DNA of 64,000 bases from Candidatus Latescibacterota bacterium (GCA_965242865.1 CBDETK010000013.1:3968001-4032000), one strand, 5' to 3'. Positions 38,332-49,337 are shown, numbered from the stretch's first letter. Translations and numbers: made by a program. Notes: generated from the letters alone by a model not told the origin.

Positions 38332-40290
38332 ATGACGCTTGTGAATGCAGTGCCGGCCGGGTGCCTGCTGGTGCTCGTGGCCCTTCGGGCAAGTCAAGCG
38401 ACGCCCCCGCCGGCCGAGGGCGACATCCCTCGCACCGCGTGGCCCGAAAGCTGGTTCCACCCGCCGCGCACGGCCGCGGAAATCGGCTTGACGACCTTCG
38501 GCCAGTCGCCCATGCTCGACGAACTCGTGGCGGCCGGCGAACTGCCGCCGGTGGAGGAGCGGCTCCCGGACGACCCGATTGTCGTCGAGCCGCTCGACGG
38601 GATTGGGACGTATGGGGGCACCGCTCGGCTCTTCCTCGCCGGCGAGCAGCTCCTCAACGTGCCCGAAGGAACCCTGCGCCCAGGCCCGCAGCTCCAGCTA
38701 ACGCTGCCCAACTTTGCCGAGCGCGTCGAGTACCACGACGACGCCCACACCCTGACGGTCGCCCTCCGGCCCGGCCACAAGTGGTCGGATGGGCACCCGG
38801 TGACGGCCGACGACTTTGTCTTTTGGTTCGACCGCGTCCAGATGAACAAAAGCCTCACGCCCGTGGTGTCGCCGCGCTTTAAGGGGGCCCGCATTGAAAA
38901 ACGCGGTCCTCACCTCTTTAGCTATCACTTTCCCCAGCCGATGCCGCTTTTTGTCAAGCACCTCGCCCACAATAGCTCGCACCTGTCGGCCCCGGCGCAC
39001 TTTATGCGCCGCTACCATCCCGACTTTACCGACGCGGACCAGCTCGCACGCGAAGCAGCCGAGCTCGGCCTGCAAGACTGGCGCACGTACTTCCAAGCCG
39101 TTGTCAATACCCGCGACCTAATGGTCTTTCACAAGCCGGTGCAGACCGCTTATGTGGTGGTCAGCAAGACCTCGACGCGCGTCCGCTATCGCCGCAACCC
39201 CTATTACCCCAAAGTAGATCCAGCCGGCAACCAACTGCCCTACATAGATTACCTTGAAGTCCAGCGGGTTGACAGCCCCGAGATCATGGCGGCCAAGGCC
39301 GCCACCGGGCAGGTCGATTTTGCCGGGCGGCAGTTTAAGACCGCCGACATTCCGCTGTTTAAGCGCTTTGAACGAGACAATGGCTATGCGACGTACCTCT
39401 GGCCCCGTCCCTACGGCTCGGACGTGGCCCTGATGGTCAACATGACCCACCCCGATGCGCGTCTCAGGCAAATTTTTCAAGATGTGCGCTTTCGCCGCGC
39501 CCTCTCGCTGGCCATTGACCGCGCCGAGATCAACGACATTGCCTATTACGGGCAGGGCATGCCTCGGCAGTTGACGGTCGTACCGTCGAGCCGCTACTTT
39601 GAGCCGGCCTTTGCCACCGCTTGGGCCGAGCACGATCCACAGCGCGCCCGCGCCTTGCTCGACGAGATGGGGTTGGTAGATCGCGACGGCGATGGCCGGC
39701 GCGAGCATCCCGATGGCCGCCCGCTTGAAATCACGCTGGAGTACACGCTTGGGGAGACGCCTAAGCAAGTTACTGTGGATTTGGTAACGGCCCACTGGCG
39801 AGAAGTAGGGCTGCACATCAACCGCAAGCAAATAAGCGGCGCCCTGCAAGGCATCCGCACCCGAGGCGGAGTCATGGACATGAGCATCTGGCACGCCGAC
39901 CGCAACGCCGACATCCTCTTTCCCATCGAGCCTTTTTGGTACGTGCCCATGCACGTAGGGCAGGAGGTGACCCAGTGGCCGGAGTGGTCGCGGTGGTATC
40001 GGTCGGACGGAGGGCGCGGCTGGCTGCCGCCGGCCAAAGTCCGCGACCTAATCGCTTGGTGGGAGGTGCTCCGCCGCACCTCAGACCTCCAAGAGCGCAT
40101 TGCTATGGGCAAGAAAATTCTCCAGAGCCAAGCCGAAAACCTGTGGGCACTCGGCATCATCGGCCTAGGGCCACACCCGGTCATCGTCAGCAATCGGCTG
40201 CACAATGTCCCGCGCCAAGGCTATTGGGGGTGGGATTCGCGCTGGTCTTGGCCCTACTATCCAGAGACTTGGTATCTGCAACAAAACTGA
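38332..40290 (+). CDS. Peptide/oligosaccharide ABC transporter substrate-binding protein (family 5)
   Basis: 'LPPVEERLP..P', 'KWSDG.P.TADD', 'RNPYY.KVD.AGNQLPYID', 'FRRALSLAIDR'; exact start uncertain. Confidence 0.88.
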   Translation: MTLVNAVPAGCLLVLVALRASQATPPPAEGDIPRTAWPESWFHPPRTAAEIGLTTFGQSPMLDELVAAGELPPVEERLPDDPIVVEPLDGIGTYGGTARLFLAGEQLLNVPEGTLRPGPQLQLTLPNFAERVEYHDDAHTLTVALRPGHKWSDGHPVTADDFVFWFDRVQMNKSLTPVVSPRFKGARIEKRGPHLFSYHFPQPMPLFVKHLAHNSSHLSAPAHFMRRYHPDFTDADQLAREAAELGLQDWRTYFQAVVNTRDLMVFHKPVQTAYVVVSKTSTRVRYRRNPYYPKVDPAGNQLPYIDYLEVQRVDSPEIMAAKAATGQVDFAGRQFKTADIPLFKRFERDNGYATYLWPRPYGSDVALMVNMTHPDARLRQIFQDVRFRRALSLAIDRAEINDIAYYGQGMPRQLTVVPSSRYFEPAFATAWAEHDPQRARALLDEMGLVDRDGDGRREHPDGRPLEITLEYTLGETPKQVTVDLVTAHWREVGLHINRKQISGALQGIRTRGGVMDMSIWHADRNADILFPIEPFWYVPMHVGQEVTQWPEWSRWYRSDGGRGWLPPAKVRDLIAWWEVLRRTSDLQERIAMGKKILQSQAENLWALGIIGLGPHPVIVSNRLHNVPRQGYWGWDSRWSWPYYPETWYLQQN

Positions 40291-40293
40291 GCC

Positions 40294-41277
40294 ATGATCA
40301 ACTACATCATCCGCCGCGTCCTGATTATGATCCCCACGCTGCTGGCCGTGTCGGTGCTGGTCTTTGTCGTCATCCAGTTGCCGCCCGGGGACATCATCAC
40401 GTCGCGCCTGCAAGAGTTGCAGGCCGAGGGCCAAGACATCTCCGAGGAACAAATCGCCGCCTTGCGCGCCCGCTACCATCTCGACGACCCGCTGTTCATC
40501 CAATACTGCAAGTGGATGGGCGGCTTCCTACAGGGCGATATGGGCTATTCGGTGATGTATGGCCAGTCGGTCAACAACCTGATCTGGGAGCGGCTTGGCT
40601 ACACCTTGCTGATCACCTCGACCGCTACCTTGCTGACTTGGCTGGTGGCCTTCCCGGTGGGCGTCTATTCGGCCCTGCGCCAGTACTCAGCGCTCGACTA
40701 CACGGCCACGCTCGCGGCCTTCGTCGGCTTGGCCACGCCCAACTTCCTGCTCGCGCTGGTTTTGATGTACTTGGGATACGAGTGGTTTGGGATCGCCGTG
40801 GGCGGGTTGTTTTCGCCCGAGTACGCGAGTGCGCCGTGGAGCTTGGCCAAGCTCGCGGACTTGCTCGGGCACCTGTGGATCCCGGCCGTGGTCATCGGCA
40901 CGGCCGGCATGGCCGGGCTGATGCGGATCATGCGGGCCAACCTCCTCGACGAGCTGGGCAAGCCTTACGTGACGACCGCGCTGGCCAAGGGCTTGGGGCC
41001 GGTCCGCTTGGTGATTAAGTACCCGTTGCGCATTGCCATCAATCCCTTTATCAGCACCGTCGGCTGGATGCTGCCGCACCTGATCTCGGGCTCGGCTATC
41101 ACCAGCGTGGTGTTGAGCCTGCCGACGACCGGCCCCTTGCTGCTCGAATCCCTCCGCAACCAAGACATGTATTTGGCCGGCAGCTTCCTCCTCGTGCTCA
41201 GCGTCCTGACGGTCATCGGCACCTTGCTGTCGGACATTCTCTTGGCCATTGCCGACCCGCGCATCCGCTATGAGTGA
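40294..41277 (+). CDS. ABC transporter permease (DppB/OppB-like)
   Basis: 'YIIRR', 'LPPGD', 'GD.GYS', EAA-like 'YVTTALAKGL', 'DPRIRY'. Confidence 0.92.
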   Translation: MINYIIRRVLIMIPTLLAVSVLVFVVIQLPPGDIITSRLQELQAEGQDISEEQIAALRARYHLDDPLFIQYCKWMGGFLQGDMGYSVMYGQSVNNLIWERLGYTLLITSTATLLTWLVAFPVGVYSALRQYSALDYTATLAAFVGLATPNFLLALVLMYLGYEWFGIAVGGLFSPEYASAPWSLAKLADLLGHLWIPAVVIGTAGMAGLMRIMRANLLDELGKPYVTTALAKGLGPVRLVIKYPLRIAINPFISTVGWMLPHLISGSAITSVVLSLPTTGPLLLESLRNQDMYLAGSFLLVLSVLTVIGTLLSDILLAIADPRIRYE

Positions 41278-42376
41278 CGATCGCCCGGCCGCCCAACTGG
41301 CCGACGCCTCGCAGTGGCGGCTGATGTGGATGCGCTTCCGCCGCCATCGGCTGGCCCTAGCCGGTAGTGCGGCCCTGCTCGCACTCTACGGCCTCGCAGC
41401 CCTGTGCGAATTTATCTCGCCGTACCGGCCCGACCAGCGCCACGCCCAGTACGTCCTCTGCCCGCCGCAGTCGATCCGCTTCTTCGACGGCGAGGGGCGC
41501 TTTCACTGGCGTCCCTTTGTCCACGGCGTGCGGCGAGATACGACCGCCGGCCCGTGGCAGCGCGAGTACCGCGTCAACGCCGAGGCCGTGTATCCAATCC
41601 GCTTTTTTGTGCGCGGCCCGGCCTACGAGTTTTGGGGGCTTTTCAACGCGGACTTGCACTTGTTCGGCGCGGGTAGCGGGCCGTTGTTCCTCTTTGGCAC
41701 CGACGACTTGGGCCGCGATCTCTTCAGCCGAATCATACATGGGGCGCGCATTTCGCTCACCATTGGGCTGATCGGCGTGGCCTTGACCTTTCTCATCGGC
41801 ATCCTGCTGGGGGGGGTGGCTGGTTATTACAGCGGCTGGGTCGATGTGGTGGTGCAGCGCATGATCGAGGTCCTGATGGCCGTGCCGCAACTGCCCCTGT
41901 GGATGGCCTTGAGCGCGGCCCTGCCAGCGCATTGGCCGCCGCTGCGGATTTACTTTGGCGTCACCATCATTCTCTCGCTGATGGGCTGGACCGGGTTGGC
42001 GCGGGTGGTGCGCGGCCGCTTTCTGTCGTTGCGCGACGAGGATTTTGTGGTTGCCGCCCGCCTATCGGGCACCAGCGAGTTGAAAATCATTTTCAAGCAC
42101 CTGTTGCCGTCGTTCCTCAGCCACGTGATCACGTCGGCCACCCTAGCGGTGCCGGGCATGATACTCGGCGAGACCGCGCTGAGTTTTTTGGGGATTGGGT
42201 TGCGGGCTCCGGTAGTTAGCTGGGGCGTGCTGCTGCAAAAGGCGCAGAACTTTCAGGCCGTGGCCATGGCGCCGTGGCTGTTGTTGCCCGGGCTTTTCGT
42301 GGTCGTCGCGGTCTTGGCCTTCAACGTGGTCGGCGATGGGATGCGCGACGCGGCCGATCCTTACGCTAGCCGATAG
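41270..42376 (+). CDS. ABC transporter permease (DppC/OppC-like)
   Basis: 'FGTDDLGRD.FSR...GARISL', 'DFV.AAR..G', 'HLLP', 'LSFLG.G', 'GDGMRDA.DP'. Confidence 0.92.
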   Translation: MSDDRPAAQLADASQWRLMWMRFRRHRLALAGSAALLALYGLAALCEFISPYRPDQRHAQYVLCPPQSIRFFDGEGRFHWRPFVHGVRRDTTAGPWQREYRVNAEAVYPIRFFVRGPAYEFWGLFNADLHLFGAGSGPLFLFGTDDLGRDLFSRIIHGARISLTIGLIGVALTFLIGILLGGVAGYYSGWVDVVVQRMIEVLMAVPQLPLWMALSAALPAHWPPLRIYFGVTIILSLMGWTGLARVVRGRFLSLRDEDFVVAARLSGTSELKIIFKHLLPSFLSHVITSATLAVPGMILGETALSFLGIGLRAPVVSWGVLLQKAQNFQAVAMAPWLLLPGLFVVVAVLAFNVVGDGMRDAADPYASR

Positions 42377-42415
42377 CGGCTGGGGCCGCCCCGCCGAATG
42401 CTGTGAACAATTACA

Positions 42416-45400
42416 ATGCCGCGGATTTTCGACAACATTGAACAATCGCTCCGTCCAGCCCTAGCGGAAACCATGGGAGTTGCCGACCGGGCAGACTTCT
42501 GCGTGGGCTACTTCAACCTCCGCGGCTGGCGATCCATTGACGAATACGTCGAAAAATGGGATGGTGGAGACGGTCATTGCTGCCGTCTGCTGGTCGGCAT
42601 GCAGCGGCTGCCCCATGAAGAGCTTCGCATTGCGAGAAGTCTCTCGGCAAATGAAGAGTCGCTAGACAACCAGACGGCGTTGCAATTGAAGCGCAAGCTG
42701 GCGGAAGAGTTTCGAGAGCAACTGACGATTGGCGCACCCAACAACGCGGACGAGGCGGGCCTTCGCAGACTAGCGCGGCAGCTTGAAGCAAAGAAGGTCG
42801 TGGTCAAGCTGTTCCTCAAACACCTGCTTCACGCCACGCTCTACTTGTTGTTCCGCCCGGATCCGATCAATCCGACCGTCGGATATTTGGGCAGCAGCAA
42901 TCTCACGCAAGCGGGACTAGCTGGTCAGGGTGAACTCAACGTCGATGTGCTAGAGCACGACGCCTGTCAGAAGCTCGCTAAATGGTTTGAGGAACGGTGG
43001 AATGACCGTTGGTGCGTCGATATATCGAAAGAGCTGAGCGAAATCATCAATGAGAGTTGGGCGCGAGAGGAACCAATCCCGCCGTACCATATCTACGTTA
43101 AGATAGCCTACCATCTATCACAGGAAGCACGGGCTGGCCTAACCGAGTTTCGCATTCCCACAGACTTCGGCAACAAACTGCTCGACTTTCAGATGGCTGC
43201 GGTAAAAATCGCGGCCCATCTCCTGAACAAACGCGGCGGCGTCATTATCGGCGATGTTGTCGGGCTGGGTAAGACGCTCATGGCAACGGCTCTAGCGCGG
43301 GTATTTGAAGACGATTACGGGCTTGAGACCTTAATCATTTGCCCGAAGAATCTCGTTCCAATGTGGGAGGATTATCGCGAGCAGTACCGCATGCAGGCTC
43401 GCGTACTGTCGATCAGCCGCGTGATTAAAGAATTGCCCAACATGCGCCGTTACCGGCTGGTACTCATCGACGAGAGCCACAATCTGAGAAACCGCGAAGG
43501 CAAGAGATACCGCGCTATCCAAGAATACATCACGGAAAATGACAGCAAGTGCATCCTGCTGTCGGCGACCCCATACAACAAGACTTACCTAGATTTATCT
43601 AGCCAGCTTCGCCTATTTGTAGCCGATGATGCAGATCTCGGCGTTCGCCCGGAACGCTTGCTTAGGCAGATGGGTGAGACCGAGTTCGTGCGCCAGCACC
43701 AAGCCCCGGTTCGGTCCTTGGCAGCATTTGAAAAATCTGAATACGCCGCCGACTGGCGGGAGCTAATGCGCCTGTATCTCGTACGTCGGACTCGCAGCTT
43801 CATCCAAGACAACTATGCTGCCACAGATGAGAACAATGGGCGAAAGTATCTGACCTTTGAAGACGGTACGCGCTCCTATTTTCCAGCACGAGTCCCAAGG
43901 ACGCTTAGGTTTGATATAGATGAGCAATACGCCCGGCTGTTCGCGGACAACGTCGTTGAGGCCATAAACGGCTTGGAACTCCCGCGCTACGGTCTGGGCA
44001 ATTATGTCAAATCATCGCCGCCTACGCCTCCCACCGATACCGAAACAAAAATTCTAGACGACTTATCGCGTGCTGGTAAGCGCCTGATGGGCTTTTGCCG
44101 AACCAACCTGTTTAAGCGTCTGGAGAGCAGCGGTCATGCCTTTCTGCTGTCGGTCGAACGACACGTTCTCAGGAACTTCATTTTTCTTCACGCCATTGAT
44201 AATGACCTGCCGCTCCCCATCGGAACGATCGATGCCGGACTCTTGGATACGCAATCCTTCGACAGAGATGCTGATGAGGACGTCGGCGACTTCTTCGATG
44301 CGGAAGAGGAGGCCGATAGTGAAGGGCCCGGCGGAGCAATCGCGCTGAGGACCGAGGCCGGTTTCCGCCAGCGAGCCGCCGAGGTATATGCGCTCTATAC
44401 CAACCGCTACAAGAAGCGATTTCGCTGGTTGTCGCCACGCTACTTCGCCGCGGACCTCGGCCGTGCCCTAAAGGCCGACGCCAAGACGCTTCTCGACCTC
44501 CTAGCCCAATTCGGCGAGTGGTACGCGGCCAAGGACGCCAAGCTGGACGCGCTGGAAGAGTTGCTGAGGGCTGAACATGCGGACTGCAAAGTCTTGGTCT
44601 TTACCCAATTCGCCGACACGGTGCATTACCTAGAAAGCGAGTTGAAGGGACGCGGAGTGTCGAGCGTGACCGCTGTGACCGGGAATACGCCGGACGTGAC
44701 AAAACTCGCTTGGCGCTTCAGCCCAAGGAGCAACGAGAAAGACAGCTTTGGCCAAGAGGAACTACGCATACTGATTGCGACCGACGTGCTCAGCGAAGGG
44801 CAGAACCTGCAAGACTGCGCTGTCGTGGTGAACTACGACTTGCCGTGGGCCATTATCCGGCTGATTCAGCGAGCTGGCCGTGTTGACCGCATCGGCCAAC
44901 AGGCCGCCGAAATCCTGTGCTATTCCTTTCTCCCGGCTGATGGAATCGAACGCCTGATCGGGCTGCGGGAGCGCGTGCGGGTGCGCCTCAACCAGAACGC
45001 CGAAGTAGTAGGAACGGACGAGGCATTCTTTGAAGATGAAGACCAACAGGCCGTACTCGACCTCTACAACGAGAAGGCCGGTATTCTCGATGGCGACGAC
45101 GATACAGAAGTTGATCTCTCATCCTACGCCTACCAAATCTGGAAAAACGCAACCGATGCCGACCCATCGCTCAAAAAGAAGATTGAGGACTTGCCATCTG
45201 TAGTGTATTCCTCGAAAGCCTACCATGAACGGCTAGAGCAACCGGAAGGGGCTCTCGTTTATATGCGTACCACACAGGGGAACGATGCGTTGGCTTGGCT
45301 TGACCGCGATGGTAGCAGCGTTACCGAGAGTCAATTCGAGATTCTGCGGACGGCCGAGTGCTCGCCCGACACGCCGGCCTTACCGCGTCGCGACACCCAT

Positions 45401-45778
45401 CACGATCTGGTCAGTAAGGCCGCAGAGCACATTGCCCGCGAGGAAAAACAGGTCGGCGGCCAACTGGGGCGACCGTCTGGAGCTCGGTTCCGCACTTACG
45501 AACGCCTCAAGAACCATGCCGAACAGGTAGAAGGCACCCTGTTCGATACAGGACCTCTACGTCGGGCAATTGACGACATCTATCGCTATCCCTTGCGCCA
45601 AGCTGCGCTGGATACCCTGAACCGGCAGTTGCGTAGCGGGATTGCCGATGAGGCACTGGCCGAATTGGTCATCACGCTCAGGGACGAGGACCGACTCTGC
45701 ATCGTCCACAAAGAAGATGAACGCCAAGAACCAAGCATTATCTGCTCGCTGGGCCTTATTAAACAGGACAGGATCTAA
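42416..45778 (+). CDS. PLD-domain + SF2 (SNF2-like) helicase of an RM/DISARM-related system; PLD HxK motif altered to HxT
   Basis: 'VGYF', 'LHATLY', 'GSSNLT.AGL...ELN', 'GDVVGLGKT', 'IDESHN.RN', 'LSATP', 'TDVLSEGQNLQ', 'QRAGRVDRIG'. Confidence 0.85.
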   Translation: MPRIFDNIEQSLRPALAETMGVADRADFCVGYFNLRGWRSIDEYVEKWDGGDGHCCRLLVGMQRLPHEELRIARSLSANEESLDNQTALQLKRKLAEEFREQLTIGAPNNADEAGLRRLARQLEAKKVVVKLFLKHLLHATLYLLFRPDPINPTVGYLGSSNLTQAGLAGQGELNVDVLEHDACQKLAKWFEERWNDRWCVDISKELSEIINESWAREEPIPPYHIYVKIAYHLSQEARAGLTEFRIPTDFGNKLLDFQMAAVKIAAHLLNKRGGVIIGDVVGLGKTLMATALARVFEDDYGLETLIICPKNLVPMWEDYREQYRMQARVLSISRVIKELPNMRRYRLVLIDESHNLRNREGKRYRAIQEYITENDSKCILLSATPYNKTYLDLSSQLRLFVADDADLGVRPERLLRQMGETEFVRQHQAPVRSLAAFEKSEYAADWRELMRLYLVRRTRSFIQDNYAATDENNGRKYLTFEDGTRSYFPARVPRTLRFDIDEQYARLFADNVVEAINGLELPRYGLGNYVKSSPPTPPTDTETKILDDLSRAGKRLMGFCRTNLFKRLESSGHAFLLSVERHVLRNFIFLHAIDNDLPLPIGTIDAGLLDTQSFDRDADEDVGDFFDAEEEADSEGPGGAIALRTEAGFRQRAAEVYALYTNRYKKRFRWLSPRYFAADLGRALKADAKTLLDLLAQFGEWYAAKDAKLDALEELLRAEHADCKVLVFTQFADTVHYLESELKGRGVSSVTAVTGNTPDVTKLAWRFSPRSNEKDSFGQEELRILIATDVLSEGQNLQDCAVVVNYDLPWAIIRLIQRAGRVDRIGQQAAEILCYSFLPADGIERLIGLRERVRVRLNQNAEVVGTDEAFFEDEDQQAVLDLYNEKAGILDGDDDTEVDLSSYAYQIWKNATDADPSLKKKIEDLPSVVYSSKAYHERLEQPEGALVYMRTTQGNDALAWLDRDGSSVTESQFEILRTAECSPDTPALPRRDTHHDLVSKAAEHIAREEKQVGGQLGRPSGARFRTYERLKNHAEQVEGTLFDTGPLRRAIDDIYRYPLRQAALDTLNRQLRSGIADEALAELVITLRDEDRLCIVHKEDERQEPSIICSLGLIKQDRI

Positions 45779-45915
45779 AGTAATTACTCAGTACTTTGTA
45801 GCGATCCATTGGGCATATTTTGTCAAATACGCTATTCATAAGTTAATTTGTTGCGGATGCGGTCCATACCCGCCTCTAAAGGCTAAAAACGAACAGTTAA
45901 TCCGGGACATTCCCA

Positions 45916-48900
45916 ATGCCCACACACCTCGACCATAAGAAAATCAGAGAATATCTAGCGAATTTCGATCTCCAATCCTTGTTTATTGAGGAGCTCGGTT
46001 GGGACCGTGGCGGCGAGAATCTGGAAGTCCCCGTCGCTAATACGAGATATGCTCTCAAACCCATTGCCCATAAGCGCGGCTTGGTGGCCTACCAGTACGT
46101 CGCTAACGCGGACGACGTCCTCCCCGATCATCCCACTCGCCAGAAGATCGAAAGAGCTGTCGCCAAAATTGTTCGCGAGCACATCATCGTGTACGCCTCG
46201 CCCGACCGGAGTACGCACTATTGGCAATGGGTGAAGCGCGAACCCGGCCAGCCTGACCGCTCGCGCTCGCATCTTTACCAAAAGGGGCAGGCGGGAGAAG
46301 CACTGATTCAGAAGTTGGAGCGGATCGTCTTCACGCTGGACGAGGAAGACGATCTGACCATCGTCGATGTGTCGGGGCGGGTGCGGGCGGCCTTCGATGT
46401 TGAGAAGGTCACAAAGAGGTTCTACGACCGCTTCAAGAAGGAACACCTCGCTTTCCTCAGCTTCATCGAAGGAATCGAGAACGTAGCCGATCGCGAGTGG
46501 TACGCCTCGTTGATGCTCAACCGGATGATGTTCATCTACTTTTTTCAGAAACGGGGCTTTCTCGATGGCGACGCGGACTATCTACAAAACCGCCTACAAA
46601 AAGTGCAGCAACAGCAGGGTAACGGAAACTTCTACGGCTTCTACCGGCTATTCCTGTTGCGGCTGTTTCACGAGGGGCTGGGACAGCCGGAGGCTGACCG
46701 CACCCCCGAATTGGCGGCCTTGCTCGGGGAGGTTCCGTATCTCAACGGCGGCCTCTTTGAAGTCCATGACCTAGAACGCGACAACCAAAACATCCACATC
46801 CCGGATGAGGCGTTCCAGAAAATTTTCGATTTCTTCGACGCCTACCAGTGGCATCTCGACGACCGGCCGCTTCGCAACGACAACGAGATCAACCCGGATG
46901 TCCTCGGTTACATCTTTGAGAAATACATCAACCAGAAGCAGATGGGGGCCTACTATACCAAGGAGGACATTACCGGGTATATCAGCCGCAACACCATCAT
47001 TCCCTTCCTGTTCGACCGGGCGAAGAAAGAGTGCTCCATCGCCTTCAAGCCCGGTGGCGGAGTGTGGCGGCTATTGGCGGACGACCCAGACCGATATTTT
47101 TACGAGGCGGTTCGCCACGGTATTACCTATGACATCCATAAAGGGAAGCCCCTTGCGGACAAGCGCGAGTTGCCGCCTGCGATAGCTGTTGGCCTGAACG
47201 ACGTGTCCAAACGCGAAACTTGGAACAAAGCGGCCCCGCCCGACTATGCTCTGCCGACCGAGACTTGGCGCGAGCACGTCGCCCGCCGCCAACGCTATGA
47301 AGAAGTCTATGCCAAGCTGGCCGCGGGCGAAGTCGCGTCAATCAACGACCTCATCACGTATAATCTGGACATCGAGAAATTCGCTCAAGACGCAATCGCG
47401 GGAAGCGAGGGGCCTGAACTCATTCGCGCCTTTTGGAAGGCGATTACTCAGGTCTCTATCCTCGATCCCACCTGCGGTTCCGGTGCCTTCTTGTTTGCCG
47501 CGCTCAACATCTTGGAGCCGATATACACGGCCTGCCTAGAGGCCATGCAGGGGTTCCTCGACGATCTGAAGCGTTCGACGCGCAAGCACCATCCTGAGAA
47601 AATGAGTGATTTCCGCAAGGTGCTGAAACAGGTCGCTAAACACGCTAGCGAACCGTATTTCACCCTCAAGTCCATCATCGTCAATAACCTGTACGGCGTG
47701 GACATTATGGAAGAGGCCGTGGAGATCTGCAAACTGCGTTTATTTTTGAAGTTGGTCGCGCAGTTGGAGAGTTACGAGCAGATCGAGCCGCTGCCCGACG
47801 TCGACTTCAACATTCGTGCCGGTAACACCCTCGTCGGCTTCACTTCGTTTGAAGAAGTAGAAAACGCGCTGAGTTTTGATCTGAGAAAACTGCCGGAACT
47901 CCCAAAGATCAAGGAACGCGCCGAAATTGCCGACCACGCCTTCCGTAAGTTCCGCGAAATGCAGACCGAACACGACATGGAAGCAGGCAAGTTTGCCGGC
48001 GCGAAAGCTGAATTGCGGAGGCGATTGAACGACCTGCGGGACGAACTGGATCAGTATTTGGCGGGTGATTACGGCGTCAAAGTGGATGACAAAAAGGGTT
48101 ACGCTACATGGCGTGACAGCCACCAGCCGTTTCACTGGTTCGTCGAGTTTTATGGGATTATGGACGACGGAGGGTTCGACGTGATTGTTGGGAATCCGCC
48201 GTATCTGGAAATACGGGAGGTTCCTTACTCAACGCGGCATTTTGCCTGTGAGGAAAGTGGTGCCATTCACGCGATGTGTACTGAACGTAGCCTCGCCCTA
48301 TCTGGGAAGAGTGGATGCATAAGTATGATAGTGCCCCTAGCCTTAGTGTCTACTCAACGCATGACTATCTTGCAGGCCATGCTGGAGAAGGACCACGATT
48401 GCTGGTACTCGAACTTTTCTTGGAGGCCTAGAAAGCTGTTTGATACAGTGAATCGCGCTTTGACCATTTTCGTGATCACAAAGCCGCAAAATAAAAAAGA
48501 CACCTATTCCACAGCTTATCTCAAATGGAACTCTGATAATAGAGGTTATTTGACTTCAACTATAAGATATGCAGAGTGTCCAAGAGGTCGAAGATCATTT
48601 TGGGCACCCAAACTTGGAGAGAGTATCGAGAACTCGATACTACAAAAATGCATCTCAATTCACACAACAATGGGGACTTTTGTTGGGCGATCTAGGAACC
48701 TTGTATATTATCGCACAACGGGCGGCCTCTATTGGAAAGTTTTTACAAATTTTGCTCCAACATTCTGTGTCAACGGAGTAGTGGGAAAGTCGTCACGAGA
48801 AACGAGTTTTTCACTTGCGAACAAAGCACATGTTAAATCTGCTGTATCAATTCTAAGCAGTGACGTATTTTGGTGGTGGTACACAGTAACATCTAACTTG

Positions 48901-49335
48901 AGAGACCTTAATCCTTCTGATTGGAGGCATTTCCCCGTACCTGAATCCGCAATGAATGATTCCAAAGTACAGCGATTGGGAATAGAATATATTGCAGACT
49001 TACAAAGGAATAGCACTATTCTCATTCGTAACCAACGAAGTACTGGCGTGACAGAAACACAATCTTTCAAAGTTCAGAAATCCAAGCCTATCATTGAAGA
49101 AATAGACAAAATTCTTGCTGCACACTACGGCTTAACTGACGAAGAACTGGACTTCATCATCAACTACGACATCAAGTATCGCATGGGACTAAAAGCCTCT
49201 TTTGAAGCAAATACAAATACCAATGGCCTCCTCGAACTAGCGGCAAAGGTCTATGAGGGACTCTCCGATGCTGACTTGGACGATATGGAAGAAATCATTC
49301 ATGACCGTCGCAACTTTTTCGGAGATAGAACCTAA
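45916..49335 (+). CDS. Large N6-adenine methyltransferase (Eco57I/type IIG-like) with a C-terminal antitoxin-like extension
   Basis: 'VPYLNGGLF', 'LGYIFE', 'GAYYT', 'LDPTCGSGAF', 'LYGVDI', 'GFDVIVGNPPY', then a TRD, then 'FIINYDIKYRMG' and ~48 further residues. Confidence 0.88.
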   Translation: MPTHLDHKKIREYLANFDLQSLFIEELGWDRGGENLEVPVANTRYALKPIAHKRGLVAYQYVANADDVLPDHPTRQKIERAVAKIVREHIIVYASPDRSTHYWQWVKREPGQPDRSRSHLYQKGQAGEALIQKLERIVFTLDEEDDLTIVDVSGRVRAAFDVEKVTKRFYDRFKKEHLAFLSFIEGIENVADREWYASLMLNRMMFIYFFQKRGFLDGDADYLQNRLQKVQQQQGNGNFYGFYRLFLLRLFHEGLGQPEADRTPELAALLGEVPYLNGGLFEVHDLERDNQNIHIPDEAFQKIFDFFDAYQWHLDDRPLRNDNEINPDVLGYIFEKYINQKQMGAYYTKEDITGYISRNTIIPFLFDRAKKECSIAFKPGGGVWRLLADDPDRYFYEAVRHGITYDIHKGKPLADKRELPPAIAVGLNDVSKRETWNKAAPPDYALPTETWREHVARRQRYEEVYAKLAAGEVASINDLITYNLDIEKFAQDAIAGSEGPELIRAFWKAITQVSILDPTCGSGAFLFAALNILEPIYTACLEAMQGFLDDLKRSTRKHHPEKMSDFRKVLKQVAKHASEPYFTLKSIIVNNLYGVDIMEEAVEICKLRLFLKLVAQLESYEQIEPLPDVDFNIRAGNTLVGFTSFEEVENALSFDLRKLPELPKIKERAEIADHAFRKFREMQTEHDMEAGKFAGAKAELRRRLNDLRDELDQYLAGDYGVKVDDKKGYATWRDSHQPFHWFVEFYGIMDDGGFDVIVGNPPYLEIREVPYSTRHFACEESGAIHAMCTERSLALSGKSGCISMIVPLALVSTQRMTILQAMLEKDHDCWYSNFSWRPRKLFDTVNRALTIFVITKPQNKKDTYSTAYLKWNSDNRGYLTSTIRYAECPRGRRSFWAPKLGESIENSILQKCISIHTTMGTFVGRSRNLVYYRTTGGLYWKVFTNFAPTFCVNGVVGKSSRETSFSLANKAHVKSAVSILSSDVFWWWYTVTSNLRDLNPSDWRHFPVPESAMNDSKVQRLGIEYIADLQRNSTILIRNQRSTGVTETQSFKVQKSKPIIEEIDKILAAHYGLTDEELDFIINYDIKYRMGLKASFEANTNTNGLLELAAKVYEGLSDADLDDMEEIIHDRRNFFGDRT

Positions 49336-49337
49336 TA

